Assembly (NCBI GenBank): GCA_039024555.1
Contig: JBCCQQ010000005.1
Coordinates: forward strand, 32,001-96,000
Reading direction: 5' to 3'
Source of the DNA: Cyanobacteria bacterium P01_D01_bin.156
Lineage (GTDB): Bacteria; Cyanobacteriota; Cyanobacteriia; Phormidesmidales; Phormidesmidaceae
DNA length: 64,000 nucleotides
Under the pieces are notes generated by a model, which had not been told where the DNA came from, did no database searches, and worked only from the letters and a program-made list of their open reading frames with translations. Position numbers and translations under genes: made by a program. How positions within the stretch are numbered: position 1 is the first letter of the stretch; each line of letters starts with the position of its first letter. Positions 52,674 to 62,301 of the stretch are shown here, in pieces.

Positions 52674-53762
52674 CTATTTCCTGAGCTTGGCTGAACCAAA
52701 GCGCGATCGCAGGGTAATCATCGTTAGCCCTAGGATTGTCATAGGTACAATCACATACATTAGGGCTGCACCAAACATAACCGTATTATCATGCTCGGTT
52801 GTTTTCATCACCAAGTACAAGGTATAGGCTAAGTAATAAACCAGCAGTAACAGACCTTCCCAACGGCTCACCAAATTGTCGTTAAAACAAATGGGAAAAC
52901 ACATGATCGCCACCCCAATCATCACTGGAATATCAAAGGCCATCACTGATGGTTCAATTAAAACGCCTCCAGGAGATAGGGTACTGGTCACTCCCAGAAC
53001 TACCAAAATATTAAAAATATTGCTACCAACCACATTACCTACCGCGATGTCCCGTTCACCGCGAAATGTGGCCACCATCGATGTTGCCAACTCCGGTAGA
53101 GACGTCCCCAAAGCCACCACAGTTAATCCAACAATTAAAGGATTAACATCAAACGCATCAGCAATGGAAACCGCACCACGTACCAATAGTCTAGACCCAA
53201 CTACCAAACAGGCCATTCCCCCTAAGAAGGCCGCACATTCCACACCTACCTGGGACCAAGAAAACTCTTTTGAGCCATACTCCTGCTCATATTCGCTCTG
53301 CACCTCAGGGTTTGTCTCTCGACGGCTCTGATACAGCAAAAACAGGGTATACCCCACACCGCCTAACACTAAAACAATGCCGTCAGAGGAGTTGATTCGT
53401 CCGTCCAAACCAAAGAAAAACAGTAGTCCTGATACCCCAATCATGATGGGTACATCGAGACGGATTAGCTGTTGTGCCACCACGAGAGGGGCCACTACCG
53501 CTGATGCCCCCAAAATCAACAGCACATTGCAGATATTGCTACCAACGACATTGCCAACCGCTAAACTTGCTTGGTTGTTAAGCGCTGCATTTAGACTCAC
53601 TGCCAGTTCTGGTGCGCTAGTGCCAAAGGCAACCACCGTCAGACCAATCACCAGGGGAGAAATACGGACCATGGAAGCCAGATTGGAGGCACCGCGTACT
53701 AGAAAGTCGGCTCCACCCACTAAAAAGGCAATTCCCAATATGAGAAGAACAGTGGCGGTCAT
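52674..53762 (-). CDS. Calcium/sodium antiporter (YrbG-type CaCA)
   Basis: Two alpha repeats GTSAPE..GNVVGSN and GTSLPE..GNVVGSN. Confidence 0.93.
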   Translation of the reverse strand: MTATVLLILGIAFLVGGADFLVRGASNLASMVRISPLVIGLTVVAFGTSAPELAVSLNAALNNQASLAVGNVVGSNICNVLLILGASAVVAPLVVAQQLIRLDVPIMIGVSGLLFFFGLDGRINSSDGIVLVLGGVGYTLFLLYQSRRETNPEVQSEYEQEYGSKEFSWSQVGVECAAFLGGMACLVVGSRLLVRGAVSIADAFDVNPLIVGLTVVALGTSLPELATSMVATFRGERDIAVGNVVGSNIFNILVVLGVTSTLSPGGVLIEPSVMAFDIPVMIGVAIMCFPICFNDNLVSRWEGLLLLVYYLAYTLYLVMKTTEHDNTVMFGAALMYVIVPMTILGLTMITLRSRFGSAKLRK

Positions 53763-54230
53763 GACCCTACAGGCTATCTCCTTTGAATACGATATTTGCC
53801 ATTGCCGAGCTAGACATAGAACAGTCCATTAAATATCCTATGCATCCGTACTTTGTAGATGAAATCATACCGGGGATCAGCAACACCTTATTTTTAATTC
53901 TGACGTTAATTTCTTAGGTTTGCCTACCACAGGTTTGCATTGTGCCCATATTTCATAACCTAGGGATTGCTAGAAACCTTAAGCCATAACAACTATGAGC
54001 AATGCAAACGAAAAAGTATTTAACCTTTCGCACCAGCCCAAAACCTTAGCTATATGTAAGAGTCTAACGGCTTCTAGACCTAAACAATGACGATCGACAT
54101 GAAGCAATCCCTTATGACAATACTGCAATCTAATTTATATGTACGTCATTGAGAACAAGATTGGGTATCGTAGAGCCAACCACTGTTCGTGTAAGCTGCC
54201 AATTATTCTGCCCAAACTTGGACTGCTTCC

Positions 54231-54791
54231 ATGACCTTCGCTCCGTGGCGCTCTATCCTAGCGCGAGCCCTACATCGCAATCGCTCCCGCCCCTACTGCC
54301 GATACATGCAGCTAGCCACTATTAACAAACGGGGTAAACCCGCTAATCGTACTGTGGTTTTTCGAGGCTTTGTTCAAGATTGCCTGCAAATCATCACGGA
54401 TGGACGCAGTGAGAAGATAGATGAAATACTGGCCTGCCCCTGGGCTGAGGTTTGTTGGTATTTCACCGTCACCCGAGAACAGTTCCGGATATCTGGTCAG
54501 CTCACTGTGGTTGGAGCTGACAATCAAACTAATATTCGGCTACAGGCTTGGCAAGGGCTATCTCCAAAAGCTCGCCAACAGTTTTATTGGCCTCACCCCG
54601 GCCACCCCAGAGCTGAGAGCAGCAACTTTGAAACTGAGGCCATGGTGTTGGAACAGCCTCCAGATAGTTTCTATGTATTGCTGCTGGGGGTGCAACGAGT
54701 GGACCATTTAAATCTTAAGGGAGAGCCCCAGAACCGCTGTATCTACGAATATACCGATCAAGGTTGGACGATGGGTGCCGTTAACCCCTAA
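54231..54791 (+). CDS. FMN-dependent PPOX-type flavoprotein (Npun_F5749-like)
   Basis: QLATI...PANRTVVFRGF, TDGRSEK, CWYF..TREQFR, VNP C-terminus. Confidence 0.85.
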   Translation: MTFAPWRSILARALHRNRSRPYCRYMQLATINKRGKPANRTVVFRGFVQDCLQIITDGRSEKIDEILACPWAEVCWYFTVTREQFRISGQLTVVGADNQTNIRLQAWQGLSPKARQQFYWPHPGHPRAESSNFETEAMVLEQPPDSFYVLLLGVQRVDHLNLKGEPQNRCIYEYTDQGWTMGAVNP

Positions 54792-54800
54792 GCAAGCCCT

Positions 54801-55553
54801 CTACTTAGTTAGAGATGGGCAGCTATTTAAAAATTCTTCAATTGCCCGATCCGTTAACCGACAACAGTCTCCTTCATCATCCTGTTCCTGCGCTAGGGAC
54901 GACAACATTTCTAGCGGTGCTGTTTGTTTTTGTAACTGAGCAATCTGTCTCTCTAGGGTTTCAATTCGATCCACTAAGGTGCGGATGACGGCCGCTTCAG
55001 AGTCAGGCAACTGACCATGTTCCAGAGGTGCGGAGCGACTGGAGCGATGGACTATTCTTCCAGGTATACCGACCACCGTGCAGTCAGAGGGCACATCTCT
55101 GAGAACAACTGAACCTGCACCAATACGAACATTGTTACCGATTTGCAGATTGCCAAGGACTTTTGCGCCAGCACCGACAACCACCTGGGTACCCAGGGTG
55201 GGATGACGTTTACCAGTTTCTTTGCCTGTCCCCCCTAGAGTAACCCCCTGATAAATCAGAGAATAATCTCCCACAATGGCTGTTTCACCAATCACCACTC
55301 CCATACCATGGTCAATAAATACCCCATGACCAACGGTGGCTCCTGGGTGAATTTCAATTCCAGTCATCAATCGAGCCACATGGGAAATAAACCTAGGAAA
55401 GAAAGGAAGACCTAGGTTCCAAAAAGCATGGGCGACTCTATGTAGCAGCAAGGCATGTAGTCCTGGATAGCATACCAGTACTTCTAAAACGTTACGGGCA
55501 GCGGGGTCCCGCTCAAATATCACTTTAAAGTCGGCAATAAAATTTCGTAACAC
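54801..55553 (-). CDS. cysE: Serine O-acetyltransferase
   Basis: ERDPAA, TGIEIHPGA, FIDHGMGVVIGETA, GKRHPT hexapeptide region. Confidence 0.96.
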   Translation of the reverse strand: MLRNFIADFKVIFERDPAARNVLEVLVCYPGLHALLLHRVAHAFWNLGLPFFPRFISHVARLMTGIEIHPGATVGHGVFIDHGMGVVIGETAIVGDYSLIYQGVTLGGTGKETGKRHPTLGTQVVVGAGAKVLGNLQIGNNVRIGAGSVVLRDVPSDCTVVGIPGRIVHRSSRSAPLEHGQLPDSEAAVIRTLVDRIETLERQIAQLQKQTAPLEMLSSLAQEQDDEGDCCRLTDRAIEEFLNSCPSLTK

Positions 55554-55890
55554 GTAGACGTCCTCAAAGCTAATAGAGTGTGGCTGCAGTTAGTGACTAG
55601 CCTAAGGCTATTTGATATCGGTTGTATAAGAATTCTCAGCCAATAGATTTAGATGGACAAGTGGCACAGCCTAGTCAAAATACCGTGGATACCGTTGAGT
55701 ACAATCATCAGCAATCACGGTGGCTCTGGCCCATCTAGCTGTGGCTGTCAGACCTGGCACCTAGCATACCGCAGGGATTGAAGTTCAACCTGAGGGTTGG
55801 CTTAATTTCACCCCAGTGACTGTAGACGGAACTGTTCGGTGGCATGGCCTCTGCTCACTCGCGTCTTTCGTTTATTCCATTTGACTCACC

Positions 55891-56838
55891 ATGGCTGATA
55901 TCCAATCGCCCTATGTCTTATTTGTGCAGCACGGTTGGCATGATACCAACCGCCGCATTTATCAACTAGGTCGTGCCCTCGCCGATGAACAAACAGAGTT
56001 AGTTGCCCCAAACCTGGGGTTAGTTAAAACCTGGTGGCGGCTCGAACCCTTAATCCACCAAGTCGAGGAGGCTGCGATCGCAGCCCAGCAGCAGCATCCC
56101 GACTGCCCCTGGCGGATTGTGGGCCATTCCATGGGAGGCTTAATTTGGTTGGAACTTCTACAACGTCATCCCGAATGGTGGCCCCGTATCGCATCCGTTA
56201 GTTTAGTCAGCTCCCCCGTAGGTGGGGCTGACTTGGGCCGAATTTTGGATCCGTTTTGCTGGGGCATTGGTATTGCTAGAGATTTAGGCACCGACCGCCG
56301 ACCCATAGCCGAACATCTAGCCCAGCACATTCCTGTGCAAACCATCGCCAGTGATTACGATGGCGGCAGTGATGGCACGGTCCCCATCCAGTGCTCCCAG
56401 TTTCGCCATGGCCGCTACACACAGCTACGGGGCATTCGCCATGACAACACCAAAGACCATCCCAACGTGATTCAAGCAATTCAAACCTTTTGGAACAGCT
56501 TAGAAATCCCAACTACCGATATCGCTGACAACGACAGTCCATGGGAAAACAACATCATTGCTCAATTGCATCGTATCCCTGGCATGACCGATGCCCATCC
56601 TCGCGATTTTGAGCGCGCCCAAGTCTGGGCCAGGTTGGAAGATGGATTTACCCTCAGAATTTGGCGTAGCCCCCTGGGCATTCATCACATATTTTTAGCC
56701 AACCATCAAAACGCATGCCGGTTTGCTGGCTTTGTCGGCTGGCCCCACACCCGTGGACTGTACGAACACCTGACCAAAATACAGCAACAACACGGCTCCT
56801 CAGCCATGCCTAAAAAATCTATAGAGCAATTTTTATAG
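55891..56838 (+). CDS. Alpha/beta hydrolase (lipase/esterase-like)
   Basis: QHGW, VGHSMGG, SDGTV, IRHD. Confidence 0.85.
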   Translation: MADIQSPYVLFVQHGWHDTNRRIYQLGRALADEQTELVAPNLGLVKTWWRLEPLIHQVEEAAIAAQQQHPDCPWRIVGHSMGGLIWLELLQRHPEWWPRIASVSLVSSPVGGADLGRILDPFCWGIGIARDLGTDRRPIAEHLAQHIPVQTIASDYDGGSDGTVPIQCSQFRHGRYTQLRGIRHDNTKDHPNVIQAIQTFWNSLEIPTTDIADNDSPWENNIIAQLHRIPGMTDAHPRDFERAQVWARLEDGFTLRIWRSPLGIHHIFLANHQNACRFAGFVGWPHTRGLYEHLTKIQQQHGSSAMPKKSIEQFL

Positions 56839-56900
56839 GTATTGGGCACGCTGTTAGCACGGTCTTCAAGACTCTAAGTCCTTCTATCGTCACATTCAAC

Positions 56901-57917
56901 GTGTATCTAGCGTCCCCTCAAATTACCCCGCGAGTGCAGCCGCCAGAACTAGCACCAGAACTGTCGATTGTGGTGCCCCTATACTGTGAAGAATCGAACG
57001 TTGACTATTTATTTCAGCGTCTAGAAGCCGTAGCCCAAAATTTGGGAGTGACCTACGAAATTGTCTGTGTAGATGACGGCAGCAAGGACCAGACTCTGCT
57101 GCGGCTGATTGACCACCATCGCCGTAACCCATCCATTAAGGTTGTGTCCCTGGCTCGTAACTTTGGTAAAGAGCTGGCCCTAACGGCAGGAATTGATTAC
57201 AGTCGGGGGCAGGCCGTTGTTCCCATCGATGCCGACCTACAGGACCCGCCTGAATGTATTCGGCAGCTTATCGAAAAATGGCGCGAAGGCTACGATGTGG
57301 TTTACGCCAAACGCCGCAGTCGTTCGGGGGAAACCTGGCTCAAGAAATTCTCAGCCAACGGATTTTATCGAATCATTGGTCGTATGAGTCAGGTACCCAT
57401 TCCCCAAGATACTGGGGACTTTCGGCTGATGGATCGGCGGGTAATTGAGGCCCTTAAGAAGCTGCCAGAGCGCACCCGGTTTATGAAGGGTCTGTTTGCC
57501 TGGGTGGGCTATCAGCAGACATTTATTATTTATGATCGCGACCCGCGCCACAGTGGCAATACCAAGTGGAACTATTGGAAGCTGTGGAATTTTGCCATTG
57601 ATGGCATCGTTTCGTTTAGCTCTACTCCTCTGAGGGTGTGGGGATATTTGGGGGTAGCGATTTCTATCCTCTCCTTTTTGTATGCCTCATTTTTGATCAT
57701 TCGCACCCTCATTCTCGGCATTGACGTCCCCGGATATGCGTCCCTAATGGTCGCGATTCTCTTTTTAGGTGGGATACAGCTCGTCAGCTTAGGAATTATC
57801 GGAGAATATTTGGGCCGAGTGTATGAAGAAGTAAAGCAGCGCCCCTTGTATTTGGTGCGGGAGTTCTATGGAGAGAAGGCAGAGGAAGGTCAGGTAATAT
57901 CTCCCACTCATGACTAA
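56901..57917 (+). CDS. GT2 polyprenol-phosphate glycosyltransferase (GtrB/YfdH-like)
   Basis: VDDGSKD, RNFGKE.A..AG, DADLQDPP, GDFRLMDR, two C-terminal TMs, GEYLGRVY. Confidence 0.93.
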   Translation: MYLASPQITPRVQPPELAPELSIVVPLYCEESNVDYLFQRLEAVAQNLGVTYEIVCVDDGSKDQTLLRLIDHHRRNPSIKVVSLARNFGKELALTAGIDYSRGQAVVPIDADLQDPPECIRQLIEKWREGYDVVYAKRRSRSGETWLKKFSANGFYRIIGRMSQVPIPQDTGDFRLMDRRVIEALKKLPERTRFMKGLFAWVGYQQTFIIYDRDPRHSGNTKWNYWKLWNFAIDGIVSFSSTPLRVWGYLGVAISILSFLYASFLIIRTLILGIDVPGYASLMVAILFLGGIQLVSLGIIGEYLGRVYEEVKQRPLYLVREFYGEKAEEGQVISPTHD

Positions 57918-58584
57918 TATTAAACGCTTTATTTTGCTAATTGCGCTGGTGTGTATTATCGCCACCGGGATTGTCATGTTCTCTTTGGGGGGCATTGACC
58001 CAGCCTGGTTACGGGCCACCCTCGACCGGGCTGGAATTTGGGGACCGATTATCTACATTGTTATTTATACTGTAGCGACTATTCTGGTCCTACCGTCTAC
58101 GGTGCTAAACCTAGCGGGGGGAGCGCTGTTTGGCCCCTGGTGGGGGTCTCTCTGGACCACCATTGGTGCCCTAGTAGCGGCTGTTGTCGCCTTTGGGTTT
58201 ACCCGCACCATCGGACGCGAGCTCGTAGCCAAACGGCTAGCGGGCTACTGGCAAACCATCGATGCGGAAATTTGCAATGGCGGCCTAGTCTATATGCTCT
58301 CCATCCGTCTGTTGCCGGTCATTCCCTACGGATTGGTAAATTTTGCTGCAGGGCTCACCTCCATTAGCTGGAAAGACTATGTCGTGGGCACTGCACTGGG
58401 GACGTTACCTGGTGTTTTACCGTTTGTACTGTTGGGTAGTTCTGGCCTTACCCTATCCCAAACAGGAGATCTGGTACCGCTGGTGGTGGCCCTCACATTG
58501 ATTGGGATGTTAGTGGGTGGAGCTACCTGGTACCGACGACGAACCAGTCCTAACGTTACCCCCAAAGGTCAAGATAATCGTTAG
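57910..58584 (+). CDS. TVP38/TMEM64 (DedA superfamily) membrane protein
   Basis: LPST.LNLAGGALFG, RLLPVIPYGLVNFAAG. Confidence 0.9.
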   Translation: MTNIKRFILLIALVCIIATGIVMFSLGGIDPAWLRATLDRAGIWGPIIYIVIYTVATILVLPSTVLNLAGGALFGPWWGSLWTTIGALVAAVVAFGFTRTIGRELVAKRLAGYWQTIDAEICNGGLVYMLSIRLLPVIPYGLVNFAAGLTSISWKDYVVGTALGTLPGVLPFVLLGSSGLTLSQTGDLVPLVVALTLIGMLVGGATWYRRRTSPNVTPKGQDNR

Positions 58585-58592
58585 CCCTACCT

Positions 58593-60257
58593 ATGAACCG
58601 TTCCGATTCAACCTTTTTTTTGCCCCTAGAAGCCATTTTGATTGGCGTCATCGGTGTCGCGATCGCAGTGCGGTTTTTGCTACTGGATCGCCATGAGCTT
58701 TGGTACGACGAAGCCCTAAGCATTTTACTCTCAACCGGGCAACGGCTCACCTATCAAGCTCCTAGCGATATGCCCGTGGCGCTCCAAGACTACAGCCAGC
58801 TGCTCCAGATACCGGTGGAGCAGGGTCTGGGGGACATGATCGAAACCTTCAAGAATATTCTCAAAGGTATTTTAGGAGATGCCCATCCGCCGTTGTTCTA
58901 TTTGAGCCAGCACCTGTGGATGCGCCTATTTGGGCCGGGTATTGCCGCCCAGCGTAGTCTGGTGGTGTTAACCAGCATTGGCACCATTGGCTGTGGCTAC
59001 GGGTTGGGGCGATTAGTGCTACAACACCGAGGAGGACTGGTTTTAGCGGCGCTGCTAGCCACCAATCCGTTCTTTTTAGCCCATTCCTTGAACCTACGCA
59101 TGTATGCCCTGCTCACCTTTTGGGCCGTGCTGAGCCAGCTGTTGCTACTGTTGTTGTTAGACTACGGCGACAAAAAACGAAATTATCCTCTGCGCCCCAT
59201 CTGGCTAGGGCTGGCGGTGGCAGTGGCAGGCGGGTTATTAAGCCAATATCTCTATGCCTATTGTTTAATGAGTCTGGGGTTGGCGGTATTAGTACTGGGG
59301 CGACGATACTGGTGGCGATGCGGCAGTGCCTTGGCAGCAGGGGTGATTTTGGCAATGCCCTGGGTGCTGTGGGGTACACGCCAGCAAGCCAACAATCGAG
59401 CTGATGTGTTAACTCAAATTTCAGTGACGGGCAGCCCAGCCACCATCGCTTTTAGGCATTTTCAAGACACTGCCCACACCCTGGCCAATCATCTACTGCT
59501 GGGCCATTGGACCACTGGCTTCGAACCCTACGGAGAGACTATTAAACCCACAGCTGTGTTTGTTGGCATTGGGGTGATTCTCTTTCTGGGATTTGTTATT
59601 TGGCAGCTGCGGCGAGAACGACGAATCCTGATGACGGGACTGGTGCTAGGTGTGGCACCGTTGTTGATTGCCCTCAGCCTAGATATTCTGACCAACAAGT
59701 TTACGGTGGGCTTTGGTTGGGGCCGGTCCACCATTGTGGCGTTGCCGGGATGTTTGTTGTTAATTGCTAGCTGGCTGATGACGTTGCGGCGGTGGCAGCA
59801 GCCGGTAATTTTAGGGGTGTTGTCGCTGTATTTGGTGGTGGGCGTAGGTGGTTTTGTGGGACGCGATCGCAGCATTTTTCGCACTATTAACACCTTAGTA
59901 GCACCGGGACAGCGTACATTGATAGCGATAAATTCAAGGGCCTGGGGAAATGTGAGCCGCTTAGCCTATCACGTTGATGGAACTGAGCAGGAGATCGATA
60001 TGCTGATGTTGAACCCAGAAGATTTAGCCGCTGCCCTAGAAACTGCTGTGGATAATAGCAATTATGATCAGGTGTTACTGGCAAATACTCGCTATCCCGT
60101 TTGGAATACGCCAAAAACTGATGAGGCCGCAGATGATTTTTATCGAGATACTCAAACTGCGCTAGAACCTAATTATTTACTGACTGACCAAACGTTTTTA
60201 CCTGGCACGATGAAACTGGACCGATTTGAGATTCGAGCATATCAATATAATCCATAG
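58593..60257 (+). CDS. GT-C fold membrane glycosyltransferase (GT39/ArnT-like)
   Basis: LWYDEA, HPPLFY, RMY motifs; many TM helices. Confidence 0.88.
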   Translation: MNRSDSTFFLPLEAILIGVIGVAIAVRFLLLDRHELWYDEALSILLSTGQRLTYQAPSDMPVALQDYSQLLQIPVEQGLGDMIETFKNILKGILGDAHPPLFYLSQHLWMRLFGPGIAAQRSLVVLTSIGTIGCGYGLGRLVLQHRGGLVLAALLATNPFFLAHSLNLRMYALLTFWAVLSQLLLLLLLDYGDKKRNYPLRPIWLGLAVAVAGGLLSQYLYAYCLMSLGLAVLVLGRRYWWRCGSALAAGVILAMPWVLWGTRQQANNRADVLTQISVTGSPATIAFRHFQDTAHTLANHLLLGHWTTGFEPYGETIKPTAVFVGIGVILFLGFVIWQLRRERRILMTGLVLGVAPLLIALSLDILTNKFTVGFGWGRSTIVALPGCLLLIASWLMTLRRWQQPVILGVLSLYLVVGVGGFVGRDRSIFRTINTLVAPGQRTLIAINSRAWGNVSRLAYHVDGTEQEIDMLMLNPEDLAAALETAVDNSNYDQVLLANTRYPVWNTPKTDEAADDFYRDTQTALEPNYLLTDQTFLPGTMKLDRFEIRAYQYNP

Positions 60258-60604
60258 ACCATATTAGGTAGCCGTCTATTTATTCTTATCCCAAGCGACC
60301 ACCGCCGCTGTCAGCATGGAGGGCGACGCCTTTCTAAAGGAGGGGCTCTGCCAACAGCAGCTTGTCATGAATTTATTAAGCATTATTGACTTATTTTAAA
60401 AAAGAACACTAAAAGAGACTGTTTCTAGCAGGTGTGTTAAACCAATAGCGACGGGTTATGCATTGACACCTTCTAAATAATACATTTTATCTCTTTGAGA
60501 CCGCCAAAGACTTATCGGACAAGGTTTTATTGAGTTTGAATACCTCCAGTGAGTAGTCTCACAGTGGAGACTCCACGTAGTGCACTAATATTTTTGTCTA
60601 AACT

Positions 60605-60937
60605 ATGAAAATGCCTGAATTCGTCAAACCTGAATTTGTCAACGCTGAAGAGCTTCAACATGTAAGAGTTCCCTGCAGTATCCATCTGTGGCAGGTATTG
60701 GAGGGACAACGAAAAAGTCTGACCAACAGCCAAAGTATAAAAACGATGGAATCTCAAAAGGGGTTTACGGAAAAATCTTTTTGGGATGAGTGGCTAGAAA
60801 AATATGATGGACGACTTCCCAATGGTTTTTACTGGATTGACCACCAGGCGAATAATCCAAATATGGTCCTAAGTAATAACTGGTTTGCGGCTGAATATCA
60901 ACTAGAACAAAAAGGCGTTGTTGTTTTTCCAGAATAG
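60605..60937 (+). CDS. Hypothetical protein
   Basis: 110-aa ORF in an otherwise empty region. Confidence 0.55.
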   Translation: MKMPEFVKPEFVNAEELQHVRVPCSIHLWQVLEGQRKSLTNSQSIKTMESQKGFTEKSFWDEWLEKYDGRLPNGFYWIDHQANNPNMVLSNNWFAAEYQLEQKGVVVFPE

Positions 60938-61259
60938 TGGCGTGAGAGTCCTGGCAAAGACCATCAATAGGTGATGTAGAAGGTGAATGGTTCTCGTTAA
61001 TGCATTTTTCGGCGGCTTCTACCGAGCCAAAGCTCCCTAGAAATCGTTCTTTTAGAACGGCAAACGGTCACGCTCTTGATAAGGTACTAGCTCAGGTGGC
61101 CATGTGGCATCCCCAGGTAGCAATATAACATTACAAATCAGGGGAGGGGTTTCTCCTCTAATTTGTTGGCTGGTTAAATTTTGGGCTGTGGATAATCGAG
61201 TGCCCAACTACCTCAAGGTTCTTTGTTAGCCTAGCTGTATAGCAACGAACCCATCAGAT

Positions 61260-61817
61260 ATGAAAGACTCATTCAAGGACGTTTCTATTTCATCGTCAGC
61301 GCCCAAAACGGGTGAAATGTTTTTGCAAGAATTAGAAGACGCTCGTCGAGAGAAGATTCTTCAATTTCATGAGATCCATCGGGCTGAAATCGAATCTTCT
61401 TGGGGGTCAAAATCCAAGCATCAGGCCTGGCCAGGTGGCTACATGGACCATCTAACCGAAACGTTTCGAATGGTTGAGACAATGTACGAAGGACTCTCTA
61501 AATTACACCCACTGCCATTTTCAAGAGACTCAGCCATCATTGTCCTTTACTACCACGATGTTGAAAAGATCTGGAAGTACACAGTGGGACTGCCTAAAGA
61601 CTTTGACAAAGGTACATTTCTTTTCGAAACACTTGCCACAGACTACAAGATTAAGTTTTCTCCTGCAGAAGTCAACGCCCTTCGATATATTCATGGCGAA
61701 CCTGAGGCAGAGTACAACCCAGATACTCGATTGATGGGACCTTTAGCAGCATTCTGTCATTCCATCGACACCATGTCAGCAAGAATGTGGCATCACGAAG
61801 GTCAAGGGCTTGGATAA
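61260..61817 (+). CDS. Stand-alone HD-domain phosphohydrolase (YhaM-like motif order)
   Basis: KHQAWPGGYMDH, YHDVEK, IHG, HSIDTMSA. Confidence 0.7.
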   Translation: MKDSFKDVSISSSAPKTGEMFLQELEDARREKILQFHEIHRAEIESSWGSKSKHQAWPGGYMDHLTETFRMVETMYEGLSKLHPLPFSRDSAIIVLYYHDVEKIWKYTVGLPKDFDKGTFLFETLATDYKIKFSPAEVNALRYIHGEPEAEYNPDTRLMGPLAAFCHSIDTMSARMWHHEGQGLG

Positions 61818-61928
61818 CTCTGCTGATCAATTAAAAGCTTCGCTGTTAGCTGCAATATATTACTTTGCAAGTGAAAATTGATAGAGCAAGTAACGCTAAA
61901 AATCTTAATACTTAAAATCAGACAAACC

Positions 61929-61942
61929 GTATTAATAAATAC
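61929..61942 (+). promoter_or_regulatory. Candidate NtcA site (GTAttaataaaTACa) upstream of the second riboswitch
   Basis: Exact GTA-N8-TAC, but in AT-rich DNA and about 150 nt upstream of the aptamer. Confidence 0.45.
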
Positions 61943-62093
61943 AGTTCTACTCAGTTCAATGCTGTTACTAATTAATAGTATGAAGTTCAATATGTAAGTG
62001 CTCTATTGGTTTATTTGAATCAATTAATTTTTTCAAAAACTTTTTTTTGCACTGATTTTTGAGTATTTCAGCGTAGTCTAAAAACAACAATTC

Positions 62094-62191
62094 GGCATCT
62101 AGGGTTCCGACTTAATTGCGTTAAGTGCCTGGTCCAAGAGATGCAGTCAGGCCGTTAAGCCTGATTCACGGAGGGATAAAAGCCCGGGAGG
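62094..62191 (+). ncRNA. Second guanidine-I (ykkC-yxkD) riboswitch aptamer
   Basis: GCATCTAGGGTTCCG...CTGGTCCAAGAGATGC...CACGGAGGGATAAAAGCCCGGGAG; GCATCT/AGATGC and TCAGGC/GCCTGA stems; TAGTCT -10-like hexamer at 62074-62079. Confidence 0.93.
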
Positions 62192-62245
62192 AGTCACTCA
62201 GCTAAATGCTGATTTGATTTTCACTCCTGGGCTTTATTTTATTTT
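62178..62245 (+). terminator. Riboswitch expression-platform terminator
   Basis: AAAGCCCGGGAG pairs with CTCCTGGGCTTT (62224-62235), followed by ATTTTATTTT. Confidence 0.85.
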
Positions 62246-62301
62246 AGTCCTCAATTTTAGATGTTTTTAGTTGGCATGTTTGATTTTAGGAGATGGGTTG
62301 C

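Noticed and set aside
52876..53832. Long antisense ORFs here and opposite gdmH, the ABC permease, FTR1 and the SSS symporter
   Set aside because: These are shadow frames of well-supported genes with no recognisable motifs
60940..61130. Possible gene remnant on the minus strand between the two islet ORFs
   Set aside because: Only short open stretches that I cannot assign to any family
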